DNA from: Hamiltosporidium tvaerminnensis FI-OER-3-3
Lineage: Eukaryota > Fungi > Microsporidia
Length of the DNA: 64,000 nt
Assembly (NCBI GenBank): GCA_022605425.2
Contig: JAKIMF020000004.1
Coordinates: 62,001-126,000 of the forward strand
Direction: 5' to 3'
Under the pieces are notes generated by a model that did not search any database, was not told the origin of the DNA, and saw only the letters and a program-made list of their open reading frames with translations. Positions 52,021 through 64,000 of the stretch are shown here, piece by piece. The position numbers were made by a program, and so were the translations under genes. Numbering within the stretch: position 1 is the first letter of the stretch; each line of letters begins with the position of its first letter.

Positions 52021-53343
52021 TTAGAGATCAAATATATTTTCATAAAGCATATTTATAAAAATCTGTTGGGTAAAATTCAAATTCGGAAGAAATAATTTAA
52101 CGATCAGCCATTTAAAAAGATTGGCTATTATGTTTTCAATACATTCATTTTCTAGATTTATAGTGGCATAGGCATTATTTATATCTTTGTACTGTAAAAT
52201 ATTTACAATTTTAAGATTCTCATCAACATAGAGTATTATTTTATCTTTTTTTTCGAAAAAAATAGATTTGAAAATATATTTTGCTGTTTTAGTTCTAAAA
52301 TCATAACCTATAAAATAATATTCAAAATAAATATATTCCGAATTATCACGATAATCATTTGAAAGAATTAACGTCTTGTATCTTGTTTTTGCCAAATCGT
52401 AAAAGAATATATTTTCATATGAAAAAAATCTATCTTGGATACTTATATATGTCTTAATATTAATTTTGTCATTTTTTAAGGACTTTGAAATTTCAAGTGA
52501 AACTATTTTAAGCGAATAGTTTTTCCTAATTTTAAAACTATAACTATTCTGATCATGATTCAGTGCATATTCATATCTCCAGTAAAATTCTATTTGATAT
52601 TTTAATATAATACCATTAAAATAATCTATTTGTTCTTCATAAAATGTTTTATTGTCTAAATTATTTAGATTTTTATAACATTTAGATGATAAAATGATTC
52701 TGGTGTAGAATATAGAAGCGGTGATACTGAAAGCATAAGTATCTGTAACAAATTCTAAAAATTTATCAGGCAGATTTAAAACATATTCTGATGAAAATTT
52801 TACATCATAGATCATAAATCGAAAATACGTATAATTGAAATCACTGAAGCAAACAGAAAAAATCCTAAATATTTTAGAAAAAATGAATAATTTAGCAATC
52901 AAAACAGAAAGAAGTTTATCATATAAAAATATTTTACGAATATATGTAGTATTACCATCGTCTATAAATTTAAAATAATTAACAGAGAATATATATACTT
53001 CCAAGCTGCACTTTTTTAAATAAAAACATTCTATCTTATCCAATATGTTTGTATTTAATTCTTCATTATTACGTGTATCTATAAAAATTTTAAACATTTG
53101 AGATTCAGAACGTCTTATATAGTTACTTATTGATTCATTTACATCCATTTCAAGGTTGAGTGTTTCCAATAAAATCTCAAAATAATCAGTATCTGCAAAT
53201 GTCTGAAGTATATTTTCAGAATATTTATATCTTTTTTCACATAAATTGTCCAGTTTTGAACTAAATTCTGTCAGATTTATACTAAAAACCAATACAAACC
53301 ACATAATAACATTACTATGGTTTTTGATATGTAACATAAACAT
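52021..53343 (-). CDS. Hypothetical protein, possibly secreted
   Basis: 440-codon ORF; hydrophobic stretch MWFVLVFSINL near the N-terminus (true start may be a downstream ATG); no recognisable domain. Confidence 0.75.
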   Translation of the reverse strand: MFMLHIKNHSNVIMWFVLVFSINLTEFSSKLDNLCEKRYKYSENILQTFADTDYFEILLETLNLEMDVNESISNYIRRSESQMFKIFIDTRNNEELNTNILDKIECFYLKKCSLEVYIFSVNYFKFIDDGNTTYIRKIFLYDKLLSVLIAKLFIFSKIFRIFSVCFSDFNYTYFRFMIYDVKFSSEYVLNLPDKFLEFVTDTYAFSITASIFYTRIILSSKCYKNLNNLDNKTFYEEQIDYFNGIILKYQIEFYWRYEYALNHDQNSYSFKIRKNYSLKIVSLEISKSLKNDKINIKTYISIQDRFFSYENIFFYDLAKTRYKTLILSNDYRDNSEYIYFEYYFIGYDFRTKTAKYIFKSIFFEKKDKIILYVDENLKIVNILQYKDINNAYATINLENECIENIIANLFKWLIVKLFLPNLNFTQQIFINMLYENIFDL

Positions 53344-54859
53344 AACAATTCCTTTTAAATTTCTTTTATAATTTATATATATAAATTGATTAAAATCCTT
53401 AAATCTAGAGACTTATCTGTAATTATATTGCTTAATATGAATCTATTGAAATTATTTTAATATTAATTAGATTACAATTTATTTAAATGCTAGTTTGAGA
53501 AATATAGAAAGCGGGATACAAAATACTTTTCTTTTTTCTATAAATAGAACTTCTGGGTTTCATATATATTGTTTGTTTAAGTTCTTATATATTTTAATGA
53601 AATTCTTCATATATCTTTTTTAAAAAAAATCATATTTCAAGTTATAATTAAATATTATCTTTTGAATATATGGTTATAAGTGAATATTGTTTTACTGGTG
53701 GCAGTTTGATACTCAGATAATCTAAGTTTCCAATATGAAATTGCAAAACTTTTATTAATACTATATATAGAGAATATCTATTAATAATTAAAGATTTAAT
53801 TTATTTGTCTAAAAAGAAAACATAATAAAAAGATTTGCAGATTTTTTGCTAGGAAAAAAGAATTTTTAAGGTATTCCTAATGTTTTAAAAATTGTTTTTT
53901 TAATATATCTAGTAGGAAAGAAAACCGTATAATTATGAAATAAATTGCACGTTATCAGACATTTTTATTCATATATAAATATAATTTATAGTGTTAAGAA
54001 TAATTAAATTATGATTGAAATTTTAATTTGCATTTTTATATTTTTATATTTTTTTATTTAGCGTTTCAGAGGAATAAGCATGAAATATAAACAGTTTTAA
54101 TTATATACGCGACTTACATAATATTGTTAAAAACCTTTCCTATGTTATAATTAAGTAAACTAAAAAGTAAGCCATTCTAATTTTACAATTAAATTTTAAG
54201 CGATATTATGCAGTTCGGGTATAAAACCTAAAAAATGAATTTATTAGAAAGTCATATTTCGTGTTTTTAAACTTGATATGAGGATAAGCCCATAAATGTT
54301 CTGTAATTGCTAAATTTATATGATATCAAAGTATAATATATAAATAGTCTTATATTATTATATACTCCTGGAAAATGACCTTTAATTAACTTATGTTAGT
54401 TATTTTAGATTCATAATCAAGAAATATTTAAATCAAAAGAATTTACTAGACAAAGACATATCAAAGAGTTTTTCTGTTAAAATAAGATTTTAGTAATGGT
54501 TATATTCAAAAAACCAATGCATATAATCTTTGAATTTGATTGAAGAGAGCCTAAATCAACAAATATTTTATTACTCAACTAAATATAATTGAAAAGGATT
54601 TGAGCTTAAAATCTTTAGAAAACCATATGAGCAAAAAAACATGTTTTTATTTGTGATGTTTCAGTTAAAAACAATAATCAACTGTATAGTTACATCAGAA
54701 AAAATAAAAAATTGGATAATATAACAGAATATTTTCAAAAAAAAAGAAAATCATAAATAATACATTTGCAAATATTTTATTGATTTCTTAAAAAATGCTA
54801 TGAACCATTTTTATCTTTAATACCAGAAAAAGAAAATATGTTTAAATTTATAGAATATT

Positions 54860-56410
54860 TTATTGCCATCCAGGAATTTTGAATACTTTACAAAAATCCT
54901 AGAAAGAGGCTTAATTGAAATAATGAACCAAGAGTAATTTACCCCAAAGTAATTTTAATACAGAATAAAAATGAACAGGAAAAATACTTTAAAATCCAGG
55001 CATATTTAGGGCTAAGTTTACATTCAGAAAATTTTGTAAACAATATGTTCTTGCGAAAAAGAAAATTGATTTTCTTTTATTAAAAACCATTGCCAACATA
55101 TAACTGCTACTCTTCTTGATGGATTAGGCGTCTAAAAATACCTCGAATATTAGAAAATAGCAGAAAAATCTCAACATGTAATTCGTTTGAAGAAGTTCGG
55201 ATTAAACTGATAGACTGGCTAGAAACATTTCCCGCACGAGATCAATTGCGAGCAATCAATACCGGAAATATCTTAAGCAAACTATCATATAGATCTACTT
55301 TGATAGAACCGACGGACTTGTCAAAGCAGATGATGCAGCCGTACTGTGTTAGTAAAGAACAAGATACATCCGCTTAGGAAGTAAAAACTTCTATAAGTTC
55401 CCTGTAAAGAACTTTAAAGAGGTTTAAATGGTCTTGAGATGAGAAGAAAAATATGCTTCTTCAAGTCTTGGATTTCCCGGATAAATCCAAAACATCGATC
55501 AGAAGCGTTGAAATCCTAAAGTGAAAAATGTTAATAAAACCCAGCTCGAATAAATAAAAGATTTTTTATCAGTAAAATTCTTCTTTTAAAGGAAGTCACC
55601 AAGAAAAGTCTAGAAAAAGCTCAACTAGCTATTTTATTTAACGAAATTGGAAAAATAAGACAATTTCAGGTTATTATGCAAGAAACAAATTAACTACTAA
55701 GTGTAAACGACACCTGAATATAGTTAAATGAAGGATGTATACGATCACGTGATAAACTAGTGTTCTACTATATCCTCAACAGAAATATATTCTCGGGCAG
55801 AAAGTGTGTGTCAACAGTGCAATTTGTCTAGCAAAACAGAAGATCATTTAACCTCAAGATGTAAAAAAATGACTGAACATGACTATATTAGACGACATGA
55901 TGAAGTGTTTAGAGCGAAAATTACAACTTAATATATATATAAAGTTTAAATTACAAAACGAATTAAGAGTCAGTCAGAGTAAGAATTTTATGATAACAAA
56001 TATACAAAGATAAGTATAGGCATCAGAATAAAAATTGATGTCAAGTTTCCGAATAATTGATCAGATATATTCATTTTGAACAAGAGGCAGAACAATATAA
56101 TCTAATTAAAGCCCAAATCACTTCTCAAGACCAACTGCGAGTAGCTAAAACAGATAAACTTAGAAGTCATGACCTGTTAGCACATGATTTGGATTTTTTT
56201 ATAAATATAGTGTGGAGATAATTCCTTATGGTATAACCTTAGACGGTATTGTAGCAAAATATTATAAGTCGTATGTTAAAAGACTACAAATATCCATGAA
56301 TGTAGAAGAATATCTTCTGTCGATAGTACTTAAGAAGACGTTGAAATAATTCTCTTTGATTGGCGAAGAGGGCTTGAATCGGGAACAAAGGAACTAGAAA
56401 AATTAAATAA
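54860..56410 (+). mobile_element. Decayed RLE-type non-LTR retrotransposon (post-RT region, CCHC knuckle, RHD motif, endonuclease)
   Basis: 55806-55916 translates VCQQCNLSSKTEDHLTSRCKKMTEHDYIRRHDEVFRA. 56040-56400 aligns with the 29964-30602 fragment (DIFIL, TSQD, HDLLAHDL, VEIIPYG, DGIVAKY, IVLKKT). 5' boundary approximate. Confidence 0.8.
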
Positions 56411-57623
56411 AAACTATTCTAAATATAAGTTAAAAATAAATTTGCCTCAAACCAAATAAAATCATTTTAATGAACACAATACTTTTGTTACGCTTGATGG
56501 TTTGTTGAGCTCCTAATATTAAGTAATTTTATTCGATATATTGAATTCACTGTTAGATTTTTAAGCTATTCTTCCTTGATTAATAGTTCTGCAAAATTGT
56601 GTTTAATATATTGTAAGTTAATTTTAAATACACCCTTTTAACCTATATATATTTAAAAATTTAGAGTTTTTGCTAGATTTACACGTTTTATGACATCACG
56701 GGTGTGCTTTCTTCCCATCTTTGACGTTTCTTCGCTTGGTTTTTATCTACCTGAGAAATATATAGTTGTCGATGCCTTTTTGTGCCCTCAAATCTTTATA
56801 TTACTTCCACTCTTAATTACACAGTAGTCTGTACGAACCATTTTTGATTCGTTTGCGAATACTCGTATGAAACTATCTCAAAATTTAATTTTTCTGGATT
56901 AAATATTTTTGCTCTTTTTACAAAGTTTTCATTCTTTAATCTAGTATATCTCAAAATTACATATCCGGCATAGATTTTATATTTTACTTCTGTTTTTTTT
57001 ACATTTGATTTTCAACAAAATAATGGATACAATATTTTGCTTTTTAAGACATATCATCCTGTTTCTCATTATTACACGTTAATAAAAAAAACACACGTAT
57101 TGCATATATTTCTCGCCTCTTTTAATGTCATATTTTATGCTCTTTTAGGAAAGAAACTTCTACTTTTAATATATGATTTTCTATAAAAAAAAGTAATATT
57201 CTCTAATTTTTTTATTAGATTTAAAACTTAGATTAGTTTCAAGTCAATTTTAATACTATTTATATTTGCTTTAGAAGTAAAAAGCAATAGTCTTTAATTA
57301 TTGTATTGTGATTCTATTTGATAATCTAATTAAAATCTTTGTTTTTATAATTTTATGAAAATTAATTTTATTCTTTTTAAACTTCTATTTGGTATACAAA
57401 TGTAACAAAATGATTTATAAATTTAAAAATCTATTTTCTAAGAATTTTATATACAATTTAGTTTTTATTTTGTTTCATTTATAATAGTTTTTTTACGAAA
57501 TACCTTTTTAAGATATGAAACTCTCCTTGAGACTATAAAAATTATATTTTATAAAAATAATTGAAAATAAAGTAGAAATTTAAATACAAAGAATAAAAAT
57601 ATTGAACTAAAACTTCAACGAAC

Positions 57624-57780
57624 TTTAATTCAGAAAATAAATTTAATCTTCAAATAATTTTTAATTCAGAAAGTAAATATAATCTTCAAATAATTTTTAA
57701 TTTAGAAAGTAAATTTAATCTTCAAATAATTTTTAATTCAGAAAATAAATTTGATCTTCAAATAATTTTTAATTCAGAAA
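57624..57780. repeat. 36-bp tandem repeat, ~4.3 copies, downstream of CCT6
   Basis: TTAATT(C/T)AGAAA at 57625, 57661, 57697, 57733 and 57769. Confidence 0.92.
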
Positions 57781-57828
57781 TTAAAATATCAATTTAAATA
57801 CTAAGAATAAAAACTTTTAAATAAAATT

Positions 57829-59403
57829 TTAATGACCTTCCTTTCCATTCATATTGTCTTCTCTTAACTGTTTTCCTGCCTTAATAATTTCATCAACCAT
57901 TAAAAGACTAACAGACATAACACATGCATTAGCTATTACACGATTAACAACAATATAATTATCAATAACTCTTTCCCACTGTCCTTTCTCAACTTTAACA
58001 ATATTCTCTTCAACACTTCCATCAAAATTTTTGATAAGAATTTTAGCCATTTTAATCATGACATCTTTTAAGACAAGACAGCCTGCTACTTCTTTTTCAG
58101 AAACATTTCTTGCTGTGCTTTCCATGAATTTAGAAAGTTTTAAATATAAAGATGGTCCGCCTTCTATGAAAACTTTATCTCTGATTATAAAACTAAGACT
58201 TTTTAAGGTACTTTTAATACCACTTATTACTCTTTCCATTTCGAAATCATTACATCCACGAACCAAGATGGTACAACTACCACCAAAAGGAACATCTTCT
58301 ATAAAAGTAAATTTTTCTTCTCCTAAATTTTCTACGCGAACTTTTCCACAAAAACCCATATTTTCCATTTTTATTTCTTCTATTCTACTGATAAGAGAAC
58401 CACCGCACATTTTTGTAAGCCTTTCCATATTTCTACGTTTTGCTCGTCTCAATGCCAATACACCTTCATTACTCAAAACTTCTAAACTAATAGGATCGAT
58501 TCCTCGTTCACTTACAACCATAAGAGTTTTATTCTTAGTTTTTAATTCTTTGGCGAACTCTGCAATACACTTTGCTCGTTGAAAAATAAATTTTCGTTCG
58601 CTTCCTACCAAGGAATCTCTTTGTTCTGCACTCGAATATAGAAATTGTGCATTTATTTCGGGTTTTTCGTATTCCAAACTTAAATTAGTAATCATTACTA
58701 CTACATTTTCTAAATACGTGGGCATAAGAGGATGTCTACCTCCGTGATCCAGAACCAGTCCTTTAACTAACCTAGTTTCTTTTATATCCCCTTCACCCAT
58801 TTTAATAACCTCCACCATATTTATATCTAAAAAAGATTTTTGATTTGATTCACTCTGTGAGACCAAAATACATTTCAAAGATTTTACAACAATTGGTACT
58901 AAAATTTCTGCAATATTTTTATTCATTTTTGTGTTCAATTGATTAGAACAAATCTCATAAAGAATATTATCAATATAATTAATAGATGCACTATCCATAC
59001 TGATGGGTACTGCTAAAGTAGAAAGATATTGCAGAAGTAATGTACAACCAGTCTGTATACCTTGACATATTCTATGAATATTAGTATCTTCAAGAAATAA
59101 TCTACAAGAATGATTGAATATTTCACAGCACATTACAATAAAGGAAGAAGTGCCATCACCTAATATCTGTGAAATAGATTGCGAGGCTTTGTTGATAAGA
59201 ATGGTAGTTGGATGAGAAAATTGTATTTCTTTTGTTAAAGTATTACCGTCTTTTGTCAATTTAAGTGTGAGAGATGGTGAACATAACATTTTTAATGAAC
59301 CTTTTGGTCCGATATTTGATTGAAAGAAAGATGAAAGTGCAGAGGTTGCAGATGAATTTATTAGAAGTGCTTGTCCTTTTTGAGTTACTTGTGCTTCTGA
59401 CAT
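57829..59403 (-). CDS. CCT6: T-complex protein 1 subunit zeta (CCT6)
   Basis: NIGPKG, LTKDGNTL, GDGTSS, zeta-specific GLVLDHGGRHPLMP, SLEYEKPE, LALRRAKRRNMERL, VDEIIKAG; CCCC before ATG. Confidence 0.95.
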   Translation of the reverse strand: MSEAQVTQKGQALLINSSATSALSSFFQSNIGPKGSLKMLCSPSLTLKLTKDGNTLTKEIQFSHPTTILINKASQSISQILGDGTSSFIVMCCEIFNHSCRLFLEDTNIHRICQGIQTGCTLLLQYLSTLAVPISMDSASINYIDNILYEICSNQLNTKMNKNIAEILVPIVVKSLKCILVSQSESNQKSFLDINMVEVIKMGEGDIKETRLVKGLVLDHGGRHPLMPTYLENVVVMITNLSLEYEKPEINAQFLYSSAEQRDSLVGSERKFIFQRAKCIAEFAKELKTKNKTLMVVSERGIDPISLEVLSNEGVLALRRAKRRNMERLTKMCGGSLISRIEEIKMENMGFCGKVRVENLGEEKFTFIEDVPFGGSCTILVRGCNDFEMERVISGIKSTLKSLSFIIRDKVFIEGGPSLYLKLSKFMESTARNVSEKEVAGCLVLKDVMIKMAKILIKNFDGSVEENIVKVEKGQWERVIDNYIVVNRVIANACVMSVSLLMVDEIIKAGKQLREDNMNGKEGH

Positions 59404-59415
59404 TTGGGGTGAGTA
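59404..59415 (-). promoter_or_regulatory. Microsporidian-type CCC start-proximal motif (example: CCT6)
   Basis: CACCCCAA-ATG here; equivalent CCC within 10 nt of the ATG for PP2A, GCN20, RPF2, PWP2 and the 49731 ORF. Confidence 0.75.
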
Positions 59416-59850
59416 GTTTTTAAGAAATAAATATTTTTTTTATGTTTTCAAGAAAAGGAATGTTAGATTTTTTTTAAGTGATTTTTAATTTCGAAGAGTA
59501 AAAATTTTTATAGAAAATGTCGTTAGGAATAAAATATTTTTAAATATTTGATTTACGTTAAAATAAAACCAATAAATATAGGTTTGATCTTTTTTGTTCA
59601 TTTATGACCTCTCTAATTTATCAAAGAATAAATGTTTATATTTGTGTATTCGTATTCTAAAATATTAATCATTAGATCGATTTTAAGGAAGAAATAATCA
59701 TGAAGATAACAAAGAATAAAATTGTACCAAATTTTCATATTTCAATATTTTTTTACAATTTTACACGTGTTTACTAAATATAAAATAAATTAAGATTCAA
59801 GAAATTACTATTTTACAGAATATTTTTCAAACATAATTAGTTCGATAAAA

Positions 59851-60584
59851 CTTTATTTAAAAGTATCACATCTTTTTAAAACAGTGACAATTGTTATATG
59901 TGTTTTAATGACATTAACGCACTTCTAGGTTTAACATAAATGACTGCTACCCCAACACTCTATCGGTAACCCCTGCGATACCTACGTCCCAAAGCCTTTC
60001 ATCTACCAGGTGTATAGAACCTAATTACTAGGAGAGGGAAGTTGAAAGAGTTCGTTAATATATGTTGCATGGTGTGTGATCGAAGGCCGAAGGCCGAAGC
60101 CCCAGTGGGCTTTCCCAAGACTATGTAGCATTCCCACTTATTCAGGACCTTCTAAATGCAATAAAATTCTAGCTAATATATATTTCAGAGATTTACATGG
60201 GGTCCACCTAGACAGTGCAATGTCATACCAACAGGTATAACCTGCTACTTAGTTCTCCCGGCTTTTAATGGTTTTAATTTTTATATCCCCAGGCGCTAAG
60301 TCTTCTAACCCGAGTGAGCAAGGCTAGTTTTCCATGCTTTTACATGGTAATTACCTACATTTTCAGCTGCGGTCTGCAATCTGGTTACATAAAAAACTAC
60401 AAATAAATTTGCAGAAAAAGTTTCGCCATTTCGTAGACCTCTCTTCCTCATAAAAACTCCCATGGAACAAACAAAGATGTAAGGTAGTTCTATTCCCACC
60501 AAAAATCAAAACAATTACCTTCACACCAGTTTCACACACTCATTGCCAAGCAGAAAGTTTTTTATAGGGTTATCTACCCTCCAC
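59851..60584 (-). mobile_element. ~730-bp structured non-coding repeat, copy 4
   Basis: Reverse complement runs GTGGAGGGTAGATAACC...TAAATAAAG; small internal duplication CTTCGGCCTTCGGCCTTCG; flanks share TTTTATC (weak TSD). Confidence 0.93.
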
Positions 60585-62154
60585 TTTTATTATAGATAAA
60601 AATATGAATTTGTATTTTTCTTAAACTTTTAGTATAGAATCTGTTTTTTTTCATTGCTCGTACACTTCGTAAGAAATTTCTCGGCAGATGTTTGGTGATA
60701 TTTACGTTTCAATATTTATGTCATGCAAGTTTTGATATACTATTTGATTATATTTCCTACTTAACTATACAACAGGTAAGGATGCGCTTTTATAATATTT
60801 TTATTACAAAATATTCTGAATATGCCTTGAAAAAAATCTTAATAAAAAAATACTTGTAATGTAATATTAAATCAGATATTTTCATACTTAAAAAGATCAC
60901 AAAATACATATTTTCTACGGATTTATAATACTTCACTTACACTTTATATCAAGCTTATCTAAAAAAAATTCTATATCGGGAAACATAATTTAGGAGAAAT
61001 ATTCATTGAAATTTTACTTTGTTTTTTTCTAGTTTTATACATTTTCCCACAAAATGCAATGCTTTTTGGTATTGAAAGGATCATTCAATGACTAAACCAT
61101 AATCTTGGTTTTACGGTGATTTAAATGACTTTCGTATTTTTTTTTTCACCTGTGTTTTACATGCAAAATATATAATTCTATTTTTGTGTTCTCGTTTTTT
61201 TCATAAACTTAAACAATAAACCAGAAGGGGGTACCTTAAAAATAAACTTTTCAAAAATAATACTTGCTTAAATATTTTATTTGAAATATTATGCAAAGAA
61301 GTATAATAAGAATTAAAAATAAAAATTGCATACTTAGATAGTGAACTTATTTGCCAGTGATGTTCGTTTTTTTATAAAAGATTGAAATATTGGCAACAAT
61401 TAAATTATACTTTGAATTTATTAATTTATACATTTTTATCTTCTTTTTTTATATACTCATTTATATTTAAGGGTGAAACAATTATGAAGATAGATTGGTT
61501 TCATAGAATTATGATCTATTGTACATTTAAATCGAATTAATTTAGTTTGTTTTTAGATTTTAAGATAAAAATTTTCATGTTTTAACCGGCTGAATCGTTT
61601 CAAATAAATAATATTATAAGGATCTAAAAATATTTTTTTTTCTATTTAAATGAAATATATGATCTGCTACTTACGCACTTTCTCCTACTAATTATCAAGG
61701 ATGCGAATATAAACAATAAAGTATTCTATTTGTTTGTATCTAATTTTTTTCTGATTATATTTAGATTCTGCTATTTATTTTAAACATATATTCGCATTTC
61801 GTTAATATTAATATTATTCGCTTACTTAAATTTAAACTTATTTTGAACAATATAAATTAATCGAGTTAGATAATATTTAAAAGCAATATTCTATACAATA
61901 TTTTTAATCTAAAGGTATTTATGTTTGTTTTTTTTCAAAAAGTCAATTTACCATTTATATATTCTTCCTATAGATAAATTAGATGTTGTTTTTCTAATAC
62001 ATAAAAAATAAGCTGTAATTTCGACAACTTTAGCGTTATCAGAAAATCTACATAATTCAGATAGCTATTTTAAGATAATATTTTGATAGATAGATTATCG
62101 AATTACTATTTATAGTAATAAAATTTGTAAAAATGTTGAAAAAATGATTACTCC

Positions 62155-63657
62155 ATGTTTTTTACTATATTCCTTTGCTTCGAAATTTTACATTGTTATA
62201 CTGGCTTGAATGGTGATCCAACAATTGTTGAAAACTGTTGCATTGAACTAGACCTTGTGCCACAGACGAATCGTGAAATTTCTATAATTATTAAAACCAT
62301 AGATTCTGACATGCTGCCATGGAAATTAAATGAATTGGCATCTGTTATATCATACTATATTGAGTATGTCAAAAAATATACAAATTCTGTTCATCACAAA
62401 TTTTTAACACGCTTCATATGCTTGATTGTCTACATTATACATCAAAAGAATAAAACCGAACCAATAGTATATAAGACAGAGCTTCTCTTTAATATTCTAT
62501 CATTTGCAAAACTGTATGAATATAACAGATGCAATAAAGAAATGAATGATATTGAAAAAGCAAGAATAGTTTCTCTTTTCAAAACCGGTATGAAGCGTAT
62601 AGAATATATTCATGAATCATTGGAAATAAGAACCCATAAAATAGAAATTGACTATCTCTTGACTATAAAAAATATCGAAACCAGTTGTGATCTTAATAGT
62701 GACCTGGATTTCAAAATACTAGACAATACTTATGTCGTAGATGAAAGAAATATAGAGTCAGATCTTAGTAATTATCTCAAAAGTGGATCTTTTGAACAAA
62801 CATATTCGTTTTATTTATATTTAAAGCTTGATTTTCTATTAAAAAACCGGGAAGAGTTGAATTATGAGGTTATAATCTTTCCTTTAAATCAAATTTTTTT
62901 TAACAAAGATTTTTTTAATCAGCTTTTGGATCTTAATTTATCTTTAACAAAGGATTTAAGCATAAAATTTGATCAAGTAAAATACAAAAAATTTATGATG
63001 TTCATCTCTGAACCATACATCAATACCGTTTTAAACCAATCCTCAAGTTTTGATTCCATTTTCGAATTTTCCGAAAAGACTTTTTTTAGTAAAAATGAAA
63101 ATATTTCTAAGGAATTTCCAGAATATCTTTTGGAATTTTTCATAGAAAAACAGTATGAAAATCAAATAGATTTGATTTATGGTTTTTTAGATGATATATC
63201 TACACCACAGTTCAATAAGTATATTCTTTTGGTTCTTTGTTTGAAATTTCCTTGTTTCAACCAAAATATATGCAATAAAGAAATACTATTGAGAATTATC
63301 TTGGAATGCATATTTTTAACCAATATTTTAAGCCCGGAAATAATTAATGTAAAGGGATTGATTTCTGGAGAAATTCTTGAGATTAATTTATTTCAAATCT
63401 TAGAACAACATCTACAAAATCAAAATATCAAAATAAAAATACCGATTGATAGAAAAGCACTTTTCCAAAGATATATTCCAGAGACATTTAAATTTTTAGA
63501 GAACATGGTGATTATAATTGCATGTGCAAATCAATTTTTATTCTTGAAAATAGGTAATTTGGTTTCGAAAAAACTACGGAAACTAAAATTGAAAGTTTCT
63601 GATACACTGTTTGGCAATTTTAAAATTTATTTATCGTATCTTTTGACTTGGAATTAA
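62155..63657 (+). CDS. Hypothetical protein with signal-peptide-like N-terminus; probably continues past a frameshift to beyond the window end
   Basis: 500-codon ORF starting MFFTIFLCFEILHC. The -1 frame is open from 63624 to 64000 and encodes a Pro/Glu/Arg-rich tail. Confidence 0.8.
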   Translation: MFFTIFLCFEILHCYTGLNGDPTIVENCCIELDLVPQTNREISIIIKTIDSDMLPWKLNELASVISYYIEYVKKYTNSVHHKFLTRFICLIVYIIHQKNKTEPIVYKTELLFNILSFAKLYEYNRCNKEMNDIEKARIVSLFKTGMKRIEYIHESLEIRTHKIEIDYLLTIKNIETSCDLNSDLDFKILDNTYVVDERNIESDLSNYLKSGSFEQTYSFYLYLKLDFLLKNREELNYEVIIFPLNQIFFNKDFFNQLLDLNLSLTKDLSIKFDQVKYKKFMMFISEPYINTVLNQSSSFDSIFEFSEKTFFSKNENISKEFPEYLLEFFIEKQYENQIDLIYGFLDDISTPQFNKYILLVLCLKFPCFNQNICNKEILLRIILECIFLTNILSPEIINVKGLISGEILEINLFQILEQHLQNQNIKIKIPIDRKALFQRYIPETFKFLENMVIIIACANQFLFLKIGNLVSKKLRKLKLKVSDTLFGNFKIYLSYLLTWN

Positions 63658-64000
63658 ATAAAACATTCGAGGCACCATCTAACCTTAAACCCGTATTTGT
63701 ACCTATACTCCAACCAGAATCTGAATCTCAACCTGAACAAGAAACTGCTACTAGAAGAGAACCTGCACATGAAAGAGAACCTAAAACTAAACGAGAGCCT
63801 GAAACAATACGAGAACCTGCATCCAAGCATGCATTTGAGCGTGCACCTAAAGCCCCTTATGCGAATAAACCACTAACAAATGTCCATAAAAAAGAAAACT
63901 CACCGAACCCACCACCGAACACCAAAGTTGTGCAAAAAAATAATGGAACTAACCCTGAAAATTTAACCGAAACGACTAGAAGTAGCAAATTAAAAAAACA

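Noticed and set aside
57624-57780. 36-bp repeats as a CRISPR array
   Set aside because: Units are directly adjacent with no unique spacers, the context is eukaryotic and there are no cas genes.
58031-58582. Antisense ORFs over real genes (also 32020..32313, 35602..35859, 39083..39415, 41778..41960, 43895..44137 and 14882..16020 +)
   Set aside because: Shadow frames of the opposite-strand coding sequence with no independent motifs.
63610-63657. Programmed -1 ribosomal frameshift into the repeat tail
   Set aside because: No in-frame X XXY YYZ heptamer downstream of the -1-frame stop at 63621-63623.

Overview
Very AT-rich, gene-sparse eukaryotic DNA with intronless genes, most housekeeping genes carrying a CCC motif just before the ATG. 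This is consistent with a large-genome microsporidian (Hamiltosporidium-like; inference, not proven). Intact housekeeping genes: PP2A catalytic subunit, ABCF/GCN20, RPF2, PWP2 and CCT6. Also present are several orphan genes with signal-peptide-like N-termini (one pseudogenised, one frameshifted) and a DBP5-like pseudogene. Mobile DNA includes a full-length but broken DD39D mariner, two relics of an RLE-type non-LTR retrotransposon, a decayed Ty3/gypsy pol and a ~230-bp RTE-like short element. The most striking item is a ~730-bp non-coding repeat with about six copies of differing age. It has fixed ends (GTGGAGGG...TAAATAAAG), a perfect 13-bp target-site duplication at one copy, many hairpins, a pseudoknotted 3' domain and compensatory changes in a divergent copy. 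It looks like a structured-RNA, non-autonomous retroelement that I cannot assign to a known family. All alignments and folds were done by eye.
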